From a virus (Duplodnaviria; Caudoviricetes), in IMG/VR virus record IMGVR_UViG_3300020414_000008, positions 64,001 to 128,000 of that record: 64,000 nucleotides of DNA, one strand, 5' to 3'. The stretch's first letter is position 1, and each line of letters starts with the position of its first letter. The notes under the pieces are model-generated. The model was not told the DNA's origin. It searched no databases and saw only the letters and a program-made list of their open reading frames with translations. Positions 1 to 9,434 of this stretch are shown here, in pieces. Position numbers and translations under genes: made by a program.

Positions 1-2234
1 ATATAGAGGTAGAAATGCTTAGTGGTCTTCCTGACATTGATAAAGCAGATAACGAAATTACTGCGATTGCAGGACATGATAGTGTTACAAATGATTATTT
101 TGTTTACGTTGTTAATAAAGGTGAGAAGATTAATAAAACAATCAAAGGTGCACAGGTAGAATCATTTGACTCAGAAGATGAACTACTTACAGCATTCTTA
201 AACAAGTGGCAAGAAATAAATCCATCAATTGTAACAGGATGGAATATTGATTATTTTGATGTCACATACTTGTACAACAGATTAAAGAATAGATTTGGTG
301 AAAGATTAGCAAACAAACTATCACCGATTGGTAAAGTTCATTGGAACAAATATCGTAAAAGATACATTATCGCAGGTGTATCAGCATTAGATTATCTTGC
401 GTTATACAAATGTTACACATACACTGAACTTCCAAACTATAGATTAGACACGGTAGCAACAACTGAATTGGGTAGAGGAAAGATTGAGTATGAAGGAAAC
501 CTTGACCAACTATTCAGAGATGATATAGAGAAGTTTATTGAGTATAACTTAGTTGATGTAGAGTTGGTTGTTGATATGGATAAGAAACTTCAGTTTATTG
601 ATTTAGCAAGAGCAATATGTCATACAGGTCATGTGTTCTATGAAGATTACTTATTTTCATCAAAATGGTTAGAGGGTGCAATGTTGACATTCCTTAGAAG
701 GAGTGGTAGAGTCGCACCAAATAAAGCAAGACGAGTTCCAAGAAACGAAGATGGTTCAGATGGTGAATCTAAGTTTACAGGAGCGTATGTAAAAGAACCA
801 AAGCCAGGATTGTATAAATGGGTTTATGATTTAGATTTGACTTCACTATATCCATCAATCATTATGAGTATCAATATTTCACCTGAGACAAAGATTGGTA
901 AGTTGAAAGATTATTCTGCTGAAGACCATATGAAAGGTAGATTAGAAACTTATACTATTATGGACGTTGATGGAAATGAGTTTCCTACTTTACCAAAAGA
1001 TAAGTTCAAAGCATTTATAGATAAAAACAAATATTCAGTCGCATCAAACGGAGTCCTTTATAGAACAGATAAAGTTGGTATTATTCCTGAAATATTAAAT
1101 GTTTGGTTTAACAAAAGAGTTGAATACAAAGATTTGATGAAAAAGTATGGTAAAGAAGGTAATGACGAACAATACAAGTTTTACGGTAAACGACAGTTAG
1201 TACAAAAGATTATGTTAAACTCTTTGTATGGAGTTTTAGGATTACCATCATTCAGATTCTATGATATTGACAATGCAGAAGCAACTACGATTACAGGTCA
1301 AACTGTAATTAAAACAACTGAGTTGATTGCAAATCAATACTACTCAAAAGTGATAGGAAAAGAGGCAGACTATAACGTGTATACTGATACTGATTCTGTA
1401 TTCTATCAAGCAGCACCGTTGGTAAAAGCACGTAATCCTGAACTCAATGAAGAGTCGGATGAAGAAATGATTCCTGCGATTCTATCCGCAGCAAAAGAGG
1501 TAGAACAACACATTAATGGAATGTACGATGTTATGGCAAAAAAGTTATTTAACATTGATACACATAGATTTGATATCAAACAAGAAACAATCGCAAAGGG
1601 TGGTTTTTGGGTATCAAAGAAACGATACGCTCAATGGATTATCAACGACAATACTGTTGATTGTGATAAATTGGACGTAAAAGGATTGGATGTAAAACGT
1701 AGTTCGTTTCCAACTTACTTTAAAGAAGTTATGAAAACAGTTCTTTTAGATATTCTAAAATCAACTGATAAAACAGAGATAGACCAAAAAATATTAGATT
1801 ACAAAGATGGTATGGTCGATAGGAACTTTATAGACATTGCAAAAAATACGTCAGTAAAAGAACTGTCAAAATATATGACAAAGAGTCAGGTGTTGGGTGA
1901 GTTCAAAAAAGGAACTCCTGCTCACGTTAAATCTGCATTGACATATAATCAATTACTTGCGTTCTATAAAGTACCTTACAAATATGAACCAATGAGAGAC
2001 GGTGACAAGGTTAAGTGGGTTTATTTAAAAAACAATCCACTTGGATTAGATTCAACCGCGTTAAAAGGTCATAACGACCCACCACAGATTCTAAAGTTTG
2101 TTGAACAATATATTGACTATGATAAAATATGGGAAAAGGAGTTAGAAAACAAACTTGGAGATTTCTATGAAGCGATGGATTGGGAAAAACCTAATTCTAA
2201 TTTACAGAAAGCATCACAATTTTTTGGATTTTAA
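1..2234 (+). CDS. polB: Family B DNA polymerase (T4 gp43-like), 5'-truncated by the window edge
   Basis: Motifs GWNIDYFD (ExoII), YNLVD (ExoIII), DLDLTSLYPS, KIMLNSLYG, YTDTDS. Frame is open upstream of ATG 15 (reads IEVE, consistent with ExoI DIE), so the true start lies before the window. Confidence 0.97.
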   Translation, partial: IEVEMLSGLPDIDKADNEITAIAGHDSVTNDYFVYVVNKGEKINKTIKGAQVESFDSEDELLTAFLNKWQEINPSIVTGWNIDYFDVTYLYNRLKNRFGERLANKLSPIGKVHWNKYRKRYIIAGVSALDYLALYKCYTYTELPNYRLDTVATTELGRGKIEYEGNLDQLFRDDIEKFIEYNLVDVELVVDMDKKLQFIDLARAICHTGHVFYEDYLFSSKWLEGAMLTFLRRSGRVAPNKARRVPRNEDGSDGESKFTGAYVKEPKPGLYKWVYDLDLTSLYPSIIMSINISPETKIGKLKDYSAEDHMKGRLETYTIMDVDGNEFPTLPKDKFKAFIDKNKYSVASNGVLYRTDKVGIIPEILNVWFNKRVEYKDLMKKYGKEGNDEQYKFYGKRQLVQKIMLNSLYGVLGLPSFRFYDIDNAEATTITGQTVIKTTELIANQYYSKVIGKEADYNVYTDTDSVFYQAAPLVKARNPELNEESDEEMIPAILSAAKEVEQHINGMYDVMAKKLFNIDTHRFDIKQETIAKGGFWVSKKRYAQWIINDNTVDCDKLDVKGLDVKRSSFPTYFKEVMKTVLLDILKSTDKTEIDQKILDYKDGMVDRNFIDIAKNTSVKELSKYMTKSQVLGEFKKGTPAHVKSALTYNQLLAFYKVPYKYEPMRDGDKVKWVYLKNNPLGLDSTALKGHNDPPQILKFVEQYIDYDKIWEKELENKLGDFYEAMDWEKPNSNLQKASQFFGF

Positions 2235-2258
2235 ATATTAATTAATTAGGAATATATT

Positions 2259-2882
2259 ATGTTAGATGTATCAACACATAAAAATGTAGAAAATGTTATC
2301 AGATATTTTCTTTTATACTTACCACCAAGAGGAGCAGAATCCATATTAGACGTGGGTGGTGGGTGTACAGCACCTTACAAAGGTGTTCTACAAACAAGAT
2401 GTGAGGAATACAGAAATCTTGATATAAGAAGTGGCCCAGGCGTTGATTATGTTCAAGATATTGTAGAGGGAACTGACTTTGAAGACAAACAGTGGGATTG
2501 GACATGGTGTTCAGAAACACTTGAACACATTCCACAAAAGTATATGAAGACATTTGTTGATGAAGTTTGTCGTATAAGTAAGAACGTAGTTTGGACGTTC
2601 CCGTTACCACACTCTGAGCCGTTTCCTTTAGACCCTGGCCATAGTGAAGTAATTGTAGATATGGAATCATATTCAAAAGACTTTCATGTATTTGATAAAA
2701 CTACCAAATCAGGTAGGGGTATTTGGATTTTCGCAAGAAAAGACAGAAAGGTAGAAGTAACCAATAAAGGTATCATTCAAGAAGGATACTCCGCTGATAA
2801 CTTATCGTTTGATGTGGTTAACAATAAAAAACGTCTAAAAGCAAATCCTGTCACTGTAAATAAATTTTTTAGTTTTGATTAG
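2259..2882 (+). CDS. Class I SAM-dependent methyltransferase
   Basis: ILDVGGG motif I, acidic LDI, and WTWCSETLEHI post-II motif typical of Methyltransf_11/23. Confidence 0.8.
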   Translation: MLDVSTHKNVENVIRYFLLYLPPRGAESILDVGGGCTAPYKGVLQTRCEEYRNLDIRSGPGVDYVQDIVEGTDFEDKQWDWTWCSETLEHIPQKYMKTFVDEVCRISKNVVWTFPLPHSEPFPLDPGHSEVIVDMESYSKDFHVFDKTTKSGRGIWIFARKDRKVEVTNKGIIQEGYSADNLSFDVVNNKKRLKANPVTVNKFFSFD

Positions 2883-2910
2883 GAATTGTCAATTAAATTT
2901 TGTATATTAG
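2879..2910 (+). promoter_or_regulatory. Bacteroidota-like promoter TTAG-N20-TATATTAG upstream of the clamp gene
   Basis: Same spacing as the recurrent TTTG-N20-TATMTTWR element. Confidence 0.6.
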
Positions 2911-2930
2911 TAACAAACTTAAAATAAATT

Positions 2931-3626
2931 ATGAAGAAAAACTCGTTTGAAGGTTTCATTTCCCGATATAATCTCGGTGGTGAAGTCGAATCGGTTAAGA
3001 TTAACTCAACCGATGAAGGTATGTCTGTAAGTTTTATTTCAGACGACAAGACACTCTTAGGGAGTGTTCAAAGTGAAAACAAAGAATTCCCAAATGGAGA
3101 GTTCGGTATTTACACAACATCACAACTTAAAGGGTTGTTAGGTGTTTTAGATTCTTCTATTGATATTACTGAAGGTGAAGCATCTTTAGTATTCTCAGAC
3201 AAGAAGACATCAGTTAATTATATGTTAGCAGATTTATCTGTTATTCCTGTAGTTCCTGATTTAAAACAACTACCTGACTTTAATGGTGAAATTACATTAG
3301 ATGATGAATTTATTTCAACATTCGTAAAGTCAAAAGGAGCGTTAAGTGAATCAGATACATTTACTTTCTCTTGTAAGGGTAACAAAGGTTCTGTTGTGTT
3401 AGGTTATCAAAAAATTAATTCTAATAGAATTTCTATGAATGTAAACTGTAAATGTGATGGTGACATCGAACCAATCTCATTCTCAGCAAAATACTTAAAA
3501 GAAATTCTTAATGCAAACAAAGGTGCAAAATCATCTTCTCTAAAAGTTTCAAGTCAAGGACTTGCATTCGCAACATTTGAAAAAGATGGTTTCACTTCTA
3601 ACTACTACTTAGTAGAAATAAAGTAA
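2931..3626 (+). CDS. Sliding clamp (T4 gp45-like)
   Basis: 231 aa acidic protein with EFGIY..QL motif and terminal NYYLV strand; lies between polymerase and clamp loader. Confidence 0.8.
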   Translation: MKKNSFEGFISRYNLGGEVESVKINSTDEGMSVSFISDDKTLLGSVQSENKEFPNGEFGIYTTSQLKGLLGVLDSSIDITEGEASLVFSDKKTSVNYMLADLSVIPVVPDLKQLPDFNGEITLDDEFISTFVKSKGALSESDTFTFSCKGNKGSVVLGYQKINSNRISMNVNCKCDGDIEPISFSAKYLKEILNANKGAKSSSLKVSSQGLAFATFEKDGFTSNYYLVEIK

Positions 3627-3635
3627 GGAGCAAAT

Positions 3636-5126
3636 ATGACTAAAGATTACAACCATCCACTGTACGGTAGACGAGTTCTACACATCATGTCACCTGTTAG
3701 GTGGAGTGGTCCTAAATTTCAACATCACGGTGATTCTAACTATAAAGTTATGGTTAAGACTATCAAGTTTTTACCAATGTGTCACCATACAATATTGGTC
3801 CCTACCAATAACACGATTCCTGATTTAGGTCCAAACGTAACATTAGTACCATTTGATTATACTCAATCTGTTTTATCAAATAGAGCATACTTTAACGGTA
3901 AACTCTTAAACAAACTTACAGATTGGAGAGGTCAAGATTTTGACTTTATATTTAATCACCAACCTGAACTTTTATATAATGTTGTAAATTCAATCATGTC
4001 TTCAAGATATGGTCTTACAGTAGAATGTTTCAATTTCTTCCATTGGGTTGACTGTACAAAGAGTAGAGTTACAGATGGATACCCTGAAGGATTCTATAGA
4101 CAACTTGAAGCAATTAATTGGTCTTACAAATCATATTTCCACTGTCCTGTATCAAAAGATTATATGAAATCTAATTGGGACAAAAAGGACTATATAGTTC
4201 AAGGTATCAATGACGAAGTCATGGATGAAAAGATTAACTACTTTCCATTAGGAGTAGGACAGTTCCCTGATTCGGAACCATTCCCTAATCCTGCACGAGG
4301 TAAAAAGATATTGTTATTCAATCATAGATGGAACAATTCAACAGGTATCAATAAACTTATTGAATATACTGAAGACCTTGATAGGGATGAGTGGTTAGTT
4401 TGGGTTACTGATGAAAATGCAAAAAAACCTCAAGCAGGTAAACCTGCACCAAAATGGATGTATGTTAAGAATTTACCAAGTGGTGGAGCATATCGTAATT
4501 TGATTGAACAGTCTCATGCCACTTTGTGTTTTGTTGACAACTACATGACTTGGAACTTATCAGTACAAGACGCAGTTAGGTTGAAGAAACCAAGTTTAGC
4601 GTTCAAACACCCAACATATGAATATGTCTTGGGTAAAGATTATCCATTATACTTCTCAGATAAAGAGGAGTTCTTAGATGTAATAAATAAAATTCCTGAA
4701 GGTAAGAAATTTGATTGGGAATTACCACCACATGATGAAGACTTTAAAAATAATCTTGTTGGTGATTTAATACATTGTTTAGAAAACAGTAAGAAGAAAC
4801 ATACATCCAAAACCAAATACGGTGTGGAGTGGTTATATCATATCTTACAGGGTAATGGATATAAAAAGAACATCTTGTATAATAGTCACCCGTCATTACA
4901 TAAAAGTAATGCGTGGGAAGGTATTAGACAGTGGTGTTTAGAAAGAGGTGTAAAAGATACACCGAATGAAGTTTATACTAAACTTTGGATTCCTGAAGAA
5001 AACATCGATGATATTAAGAAAATTATTGATGAAGCAGGAAACGTAGATTACAAAGGTGACCCATTAGATGAGTCTAAGAGAGACCCTAAATGGTCACAAA
5101 ACTTTACATCAAATAAATTCTTTTAA
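3636..5126 (+). CDS. GT-B fold glycosyltransferase-like protein, possibly acting on nucleic acid
   Basis: FDFIFNHQPE, ILLFNHRW (similar to the HRW motif of DUF3524/GTDC1-type GTs), W.LSVQDA..LKKP donor-binding-like segment. Confidence 0.55.
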   Translation: MTKDYNHPLYGRRVLHIMSPVRWSGPKFQHHGDSNYKVMVKTIKFLPMCHHTILVPTNNTIPDLGPNVTLVPFDYTQSVLSNRAYFNGKLLNKLTDWRGQDFDFIFNHQPELLYNVVNSIMSSRYGLTVECFNFFHWVDCTKSRVTDGYPEGFYRQLEAINWSYKSYFHCPVSKDYMKSNWDKKDYIVQGINDEVMDEKINYFPLGVGQFPDSEPFPNPARGKKILLFNHRWNNSTGINKLIEYTEDLDRDEWLVWVTDENAKKPQAGKPAPKWMYVKNLPSGGAYRNLIEQSHATLCFVDNYMTWNLSVQDAVRLKKPSLAFKHPTYEYVLGKDYPLYFSDKEEFLDVINKIPEGKKFDWELPPHDEDFKNNLVGDLIHCLENSKKKHTSKTKYGVEWLYHILQGNGYKKNILYNSHPSLHKSNAWEGIRQWCLERGVKDTPNEVYTKLWIPEENIDDIKKIIDEAGNVDYKGDPLDESKRDPKWSQNFTSNKFF

Positions 5127-5127
5127 T

Positions 5128-6048
5128 ATGAGTAATTCACTATGGGTTGAAAAATACAGACCCGATACATTAGAGGGATATGTTGGTAATGAACATATCT
5201 TAGAAAAAGTAAAAATATACATTGAGAATGAGGATGTACCACACTTGTTACTTTATGGAGTAGCAGGTACAGGTAAGACTACCCTCGCAAAGATAATCAC
5301 TAATCAGATTGATTGTGATGTTATGTACATAAACGCCTCTGATGAAAACTCTGTTGACGCAGTTCGTGATAAGATTCGTGGATTCGCATCATCAATGGGT
5401 TTCAGAAAGTGGAAGGTTATCATATTAGATGAAGCAGATTATTTGACACCAAACGCACAAGCAGCACTTAGAAACTTAATGGAAACTTTTTCAAAGTCTA
5501 CAAGATTTATTTTAACTTGTAACTATGTAGAAAAAGTTATTGACCCGATTCAATCTCGTTGTCAGACATTCGCAATAACACCACCTTCAAAGAAGGAAGT
5601 AGCGAAAAGATTGTTTGATATATTAAACGAGGAAGAGGTTAAGTTTCAAAAAGAAGACCTTGCAGTATTAGTGAATGGTGGGTATCCTGACATTCGTAGA
5701 GTTCTAAATGCAGCACAGAGACAAGTTGTCAAAGGTGAATTGAAAATAGATACAACATCTACAGTTCAAGCAAACTATGTTGACAATGTAATTGAAGTGA
5801 TGAAATCAGGTGGTGAGATGAAAAAACAATTCAATCAAATCAGACAGATTATTGCTGATTCAAAAGTGAAAGATTTTCAACCACTATACAGAGCACTATA
5901 TGATGAAGTAGATGAATACGCATCGGGTAAAGTTGGACAGACTATTTTAAACATCGCAGATGGTCAGTACAAAGATTCAATGGTTGTTGATAAAGAAATC
6001 AACATTATGGCGATGATTTTAAATATTTTAGTAACAATAGGAAAGTAG
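5128..6048 (+). CDS. Clamp loader AAA+ subunit (RFC small / gp44-like)
   Basis: LWVEKYRP, Walker A GVAGTGKT, DEAD, SRC motif; probable start ATG 5128. Confidence 0.96.
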   Translation: MSNSLWVEKYRPDTLEGYVGNEHILEKVKIYIENEDVPHLLLYGVAGTGKTTLAKIITNQIDCDVMYINASDENSVDAVRDKIRGFASSMGFRKWKVIILDEADYLTPNAQAALRNLMETFSKSTRFILTCNYVEKVIDPIQSRCQTFAITPPSKKEVAKRLFDILNEEEVKFQKEDLAVLVNGGYPDIRRVLNAAQRQVVKGELKIDTTSTVQANYVDNVIEVMKSGGEMKKQFNQIRQIIADSKVKDFQPLYRALYDEVDEYASGKVGQTILNIADGQYKDSMVVDKEINIMAMILNILVTIGK

Positions 6049-6050
6049 TT

Positions 6051-6329
6051 ATGGCAAAAAAAGGAAAAGTTGTAGACTTAGGGGGACAGCAGAATAAACA
6101 ACAGGTAGGTCTAAAATTAGACCCAAGAAAGTTACCTACTGTAGATTGTCCCGAATGTGGTGGTATCTTCTTTGACGAAGTAACAATGTATAAAGAAGTA
6201 CCAGCAGTACAATCACCAAACGGTGTAGCATCGATGTTACCAATACCCGTTGTATTATGTAACAACTGTGGTACAGTTCATCCAAAATTTACACCAAAAG
6301 AACTGATTAATGGTGAAAAAGAAGACTAA
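6051..6329 (+). CDS. Small zinc-ribbon protein
   Basis: CPECG...CNNCG. Confidence 0.7.
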   Translation: MAKKGKVVDLGGQQNKQQVGLKLDPRKLPTVDCPECGGIFFDEVTMYKEVPAVQSPNGVASMLPIPVVLCNNCGTVHPKFTPKELINGEKED

Positions 6330-6747
6330 AACAATATTTGAACATATTTCGGGAATCAAAGAGAAAAAGGTTCCTTGGAATACTCTATCCGATATGGATA
6401 AGAAAACATTCTCACCATTTATAGTAAATAGATGGTTGTCAATGAATCTTAATCTTATTGAGTTGGTAAACGAGTTACAAAAACATACCATAGGTCAACT
6501 CAAACCCCGAGATGTGTACAAATTATATTTTGACGTTCTTCCACAGAAAAAGACATGGGATAAGTACATAAAAGGTAAAAAAGAAAGTAAGTACAATGAA
6601 AATGTCTTAAAGTACTTGTCAAAATACTATGAAGTATCTCAGAGAGAAGTCATAGGATATCTTGACATACTAACAAAAGATGAAATTACCGAAATAATAA
6701 AAAAATACGGTATAGAAGATAAAGAAATAAAGAAATGGCTGAAGTAA
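6310..6747 (+). CDS. Clamp loader small subunit (gp62-like)
   Basis: FSPFIVNRWLSM...VNE motif, YYEVSQRE; adjacent to the gp44-like gene. Confidence 0.75.
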   Translation: MVKKKTKTIFEHISGIKEKKVPWNTLSDMDKKTFSPFIVNRWLSMNLNLIELVNELQKHTIGQLKPRDVYKLYFDVLPQKKTWDKYIKGKKESKYNENVLKYLSKYYEVSQREVIGYLDILTKDEITEIIKKYGIEDKEIKKWLK

Positions 6748-7145
6748 TAAAAGAAAGAAAAAACAAAGTTAAGTGGAATGGTGAAAAACAAGTGAAGAGA
6801 AATGTAGAGGAATCCGCAATAGAATATTGTGAAAGACTATATCCAAACACGACAACTGAGTTTAAAAAGATTCAAGAAGAAATGTATGAAACATTCTGTA
6901 AAAAACAAAGAAATTACGGACCCGATAACATTTCAGTTGGTTCTAACTTAGAAACTGATGATGAAATAAAGATATCACTAACAGGTTTATGGTTCAGAAT
7001 GAATGATAAAATCCAAAGACTAAAACAATTAGTAGTTTTAGGTCAACCTGATGAAGTTGGTGAAAACATCCAAGATACATACGAAGATATGAGTGTTTAT
7101 GGAGTTATAGCACAGATAGTCCAAAGAAAGAAGTGGGCTAAGTAA
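6735..7145 (+). CDS. DUF1599 / nucleotide-modification-associated domain 1-like protein
   Basis: KKQRNYG...RMNDKIQRL...DTYEDMSVYGVI pattern. Confidence 0.7.
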   Translation: MAEVIKERKNKVKWNGEKQVKRNVEESAIEYCERLYPNTTTEFKKIQEEMYETFCKKQRNYGPDNISVGSNLETDDEIKISLTGLWFRMNDKIQRLKQLVVLGQPDEVGENIQDTYEDMSVYGVIAQIVQRKKWAK

Positions 7146-7147
7146 AA

Positions 7148-7204
7148 TTTAACAATTATTTAACATAAAAGATTTGGTAATTCCAAGTCTTTTTCTTATC
7201 TTTA
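7148..7204 (+). promoter_or_regulatory. Promoter with tandem TTTAACA repeats (TTTAACA-N4-TTTAACA-N7-TTTG-N20-TATCTTTA)
   Basis: One of six copies with identical geometry. Confidence 0.75.
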
Positions 7205-7209
7205 TGTAG

Positions 7210-8151
7210 ATGAAAAAATCAATGGTATCCAATATATTCAATTTTCCCGTACACAAAGAAGGGAAAGATGATAAGAAGGTTTCCTATTCACAGTATACAA
7301 TGTGGGCAAACTGTCCTAAACAGTGGAAACTAACCTATATGGATGGTCACAAAGACTTCGACCCATCCATACACTTATTATTCGGTACCGCAATGCATGA
7401 GACTATACAATCTTGGTTACAAGTTATGTATAATGACTCTGCAACAAAAGCAAATGAAATGGACCTTAATGGACTCTTGTTAGAAGAAATGACTAAAGAG
7501 TACAAAAAGACCATGGCAATATACGGAATTAAGTTTACCAATCGTAGTGAAATGAATGAGTTCTACGATGATGGTATACAAATACTCGATTTCTTGAAAA
7601 AGAATCGGTCTGCATACTTTTCAACTCGTAATATGAAACTTGTTGGTGTAGAATTACCTATTTATTATCCCGTATCAGATGATAGTCAAATCATGATGAA
7701 AGGTTTCCTTGACTTGGTATTTGAAGACAGTGATGGAAATATTGAAATATGGGATATCAAAACATCAACAAAAGGTTGGAACAAGTGGCAGAAAGCGGAT
7801 AAAACAAAAACCGCACAATTAGTTTTATACAAAAAGTTTTTCTCAGAACAATATGGTTATCCATTAGATAGAATACAAGTAAGGTATTTTATTGTAAAAA
7901 GAAAGTTGTGGGAAGAGGCAATGTTTGCACAAAAGAGGGTACAAGAGTTTGTACCACCTCACGGTAAACCTACCTTAAATAAAATAGTAAAGAATTTTAA
8001 CCAATTTATTGAAAGTAGTTTTAACGATGATGGAACATACAATACAGTTGGTGAGTTCCCTGCATTAGCAGGTAAGAACAACAAGAACTGTAGATGGTGT
8101 CCTTTCAAAGATAGTGAATTGTGTAACAAAAAGGAACGTATAAAATCTTAA
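7210..8151 (+). CDS. PD-(D/E)XK exonuclease (RecB/Cas4-like)
   Basis: SYSQ..CP, FGTAMHE, GFLDLV, DIKTS, QLVLY, C-terminal CRWCPF..C. Confidence 0.88.
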   Translation: MKKSMVSNIFNFPVHKEGKDDKKVSYSQYTMWANCPKQWKLTYMDGHKDFDPSIHLLFGTAMHETIQSWLQVMYNDSATKANEMDLNGLLLEEMTKEYKKTMAIYGIKFTNRSEMNEFYDDGIQILDFLKKNRSAYFSTRNMKLVGVELPIYYPVSDDSQIMMKGFLDLVFEDSDGNIEIWDIKTSTKGWNKWQKADKTKTAQLVLYKKFFSEQYGYPLDRIQVRYFIVKRKLWEEAMFAQKRVQEFVPPHGKPTLNKIVKNFNQFIESSFNDDGTYNTVGEFPALAGKNNKNCRWCPFKDSELCNKKERIKS

Positions 8152-8152
8152 T

Positions 8153-8683
8153 ATGAGAACTTTATTTATATGGGTTTCTTTACTTTTAGTTAGTTCAAGT
8201 AAAGTAGAAAATCCAAGGGTAGAACCAATTACGGTTCTTGAACCTAAACCAATAAAAGAACTAACGGTGGAAACAACACCAATGATTCTAAAAATACCTG
8301 ATAGAGATATTTCAGACTTAGTAGGAGCGATGATACAGGTAGAATCACAAGGAGACCCAAGTGCATTTGCTAAAGGAGAGAATGCAGCAGGTATCTTACA
8401 AATAAGACCAATAATGGTCAATGAAGTAAATAGACTACTTCATAAATTTGATTCTGAAAAATTCTATACATTAGATGACAGATGGGATGAGAAGAAGTCT
8501 ATAGAAATGTTTTATATAATTTACAATTATTACCACAAAGATAGTTCATATGAAGAAATTGCAAGGTGTTGGAATGGTGGTCCGAAAGGATTACAGAAAA
8601 AACAAACTAAAAGGTATTGGAAAAAGGTACAAAAAGAATTGGTCAAGTATGAGAGTAGCGTTGATAGGTCACGAGACGTATGA
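8153..8683 (+). CDS. Lytic transglycosylase/SLT-like protein with N-terminal hydrophobic anchor
   Basis: IQVES.G, AAGILQI, WNGGP. Confidence 0.8.
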   Translation: MRTLFIWVSLLLVSSSKVENPRVEPITVLEPKPIKELTVETTPMILKIPDRDISDLVGAMIQVESQGDPSAFAKGENAAGILQIRPIMVNEVNRLLHKFDSEKFYTLDDRWDEKKSIEMFYIIYNYYHKDSSYEEIARCWNGGPKGLQKKQTKRYWKKVQKELVKYESSVDRSRDV

Positions 8684-9044
8684 AAATAGAGGAGAAATAA
8701 AAGAGTTAATCTTTAACTTAAAGAAAAAGTTTGGTGACGACCTAATCATAGTTACACGAGGTAAAAAAAATGGTATTGAAAAGTGGGTTAGAAAGTACTC
8801 GTTAGAAATGAGTGTAAAGTATATCGAATATAATCCTGCACATACATCTGTAACGTTGTATAGTGGAATGGAAGATGACTATTACGATAAACCATATCAC
8901 CCAACACAACCACTTCACCAATATGATTGTATCGTACATAACTCAGATAAGATAGTTTATTTTGGGGAGATACAAAGGAATGAATTTAATCATTTCAACA
9001 GATTGTTAAATAGATGGAAAAAGAAAGCAAGTTTCGTACAATGA
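8649..9044 (+). CDS. SLOG/DUF2493-like protein
   Basis: MRVALIG...IVTRG..NGIE...IVHNSDKIVYF. Confidence 0.55.
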   Translation: MRVALIGHETYENRGEIKELIFNLKKKFGDDLIIVTRGKKNGIEKWVRKYSLEMSVKYIEYNPAHTSVTLYSGMEDDYYDKPYHPTQPLHQYDCIVHNSDKIVYFGEIQRNEFNHFNRLLNRWKKKASFVQ

Positions 9045-9385
9045 ATGAAATAGAATATAGACCTTGGGGTAGATACGAGGTATTGTTAGATGACCCCACT
9101 ACAAAAGTAAAAAGAATTACAGTAGAACCTCACAGAAAGTTGTCGTACCAATATCACCACAAAAGACAGGAATGTTGGACCGTGATAAAGGGTGAGTTGA
9201 CAATTGTTTTAGATGACGAAAAAGTATTCAGAAAGTATGGTGAGACCATCAGAATACCATTAGGAGCAAAACACAGAGCATGGAATGAGACAGATGAACC
9301 CGTTGAGTTTATAGAAGTTCAAACAGGTACATATTTTGGTGAAGATGATATTGTTAGAATTTCTGATGAATATAATAGGATTTAA
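9041..9385 (+). CDS. Cupin, mannose-6-phosphate isomerase type II C-terminal domain
   Basis: RPWG, LSYQYHHKRQECW, IEVQTGTYFGEDDIVR. Confidence 0.9.
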   Translation: MNEIEYRPWGRYEVLLDDPTTKVKRITVEPHRKLSYQYHHKRQECWTVIKGELTIVLDDEKVFRKYGETIRIPLGAKHRAWNETDEPVEFIEVQTGTYFGEDDIVRISDEYNRI

Positions 9386-9434
9386 TTAATTTTTTTTGTA
9401 TATTTATAGTTAAATAAAAAAGAAGAAGTTACAC

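Noticed and set aside
1-2234. Intein or intron in the polymerase (also checked clamp loader, GroEL, ThyA)
   Set aside because: Motif spacing and lengths are normal; no insertion visible.
7210-8151. Cas4 as part of a CRISPR system
   Set aside because: No cas1/cas2 or array; stand-alone PD-(D/E)XK nucleases are common in phage replication modules.
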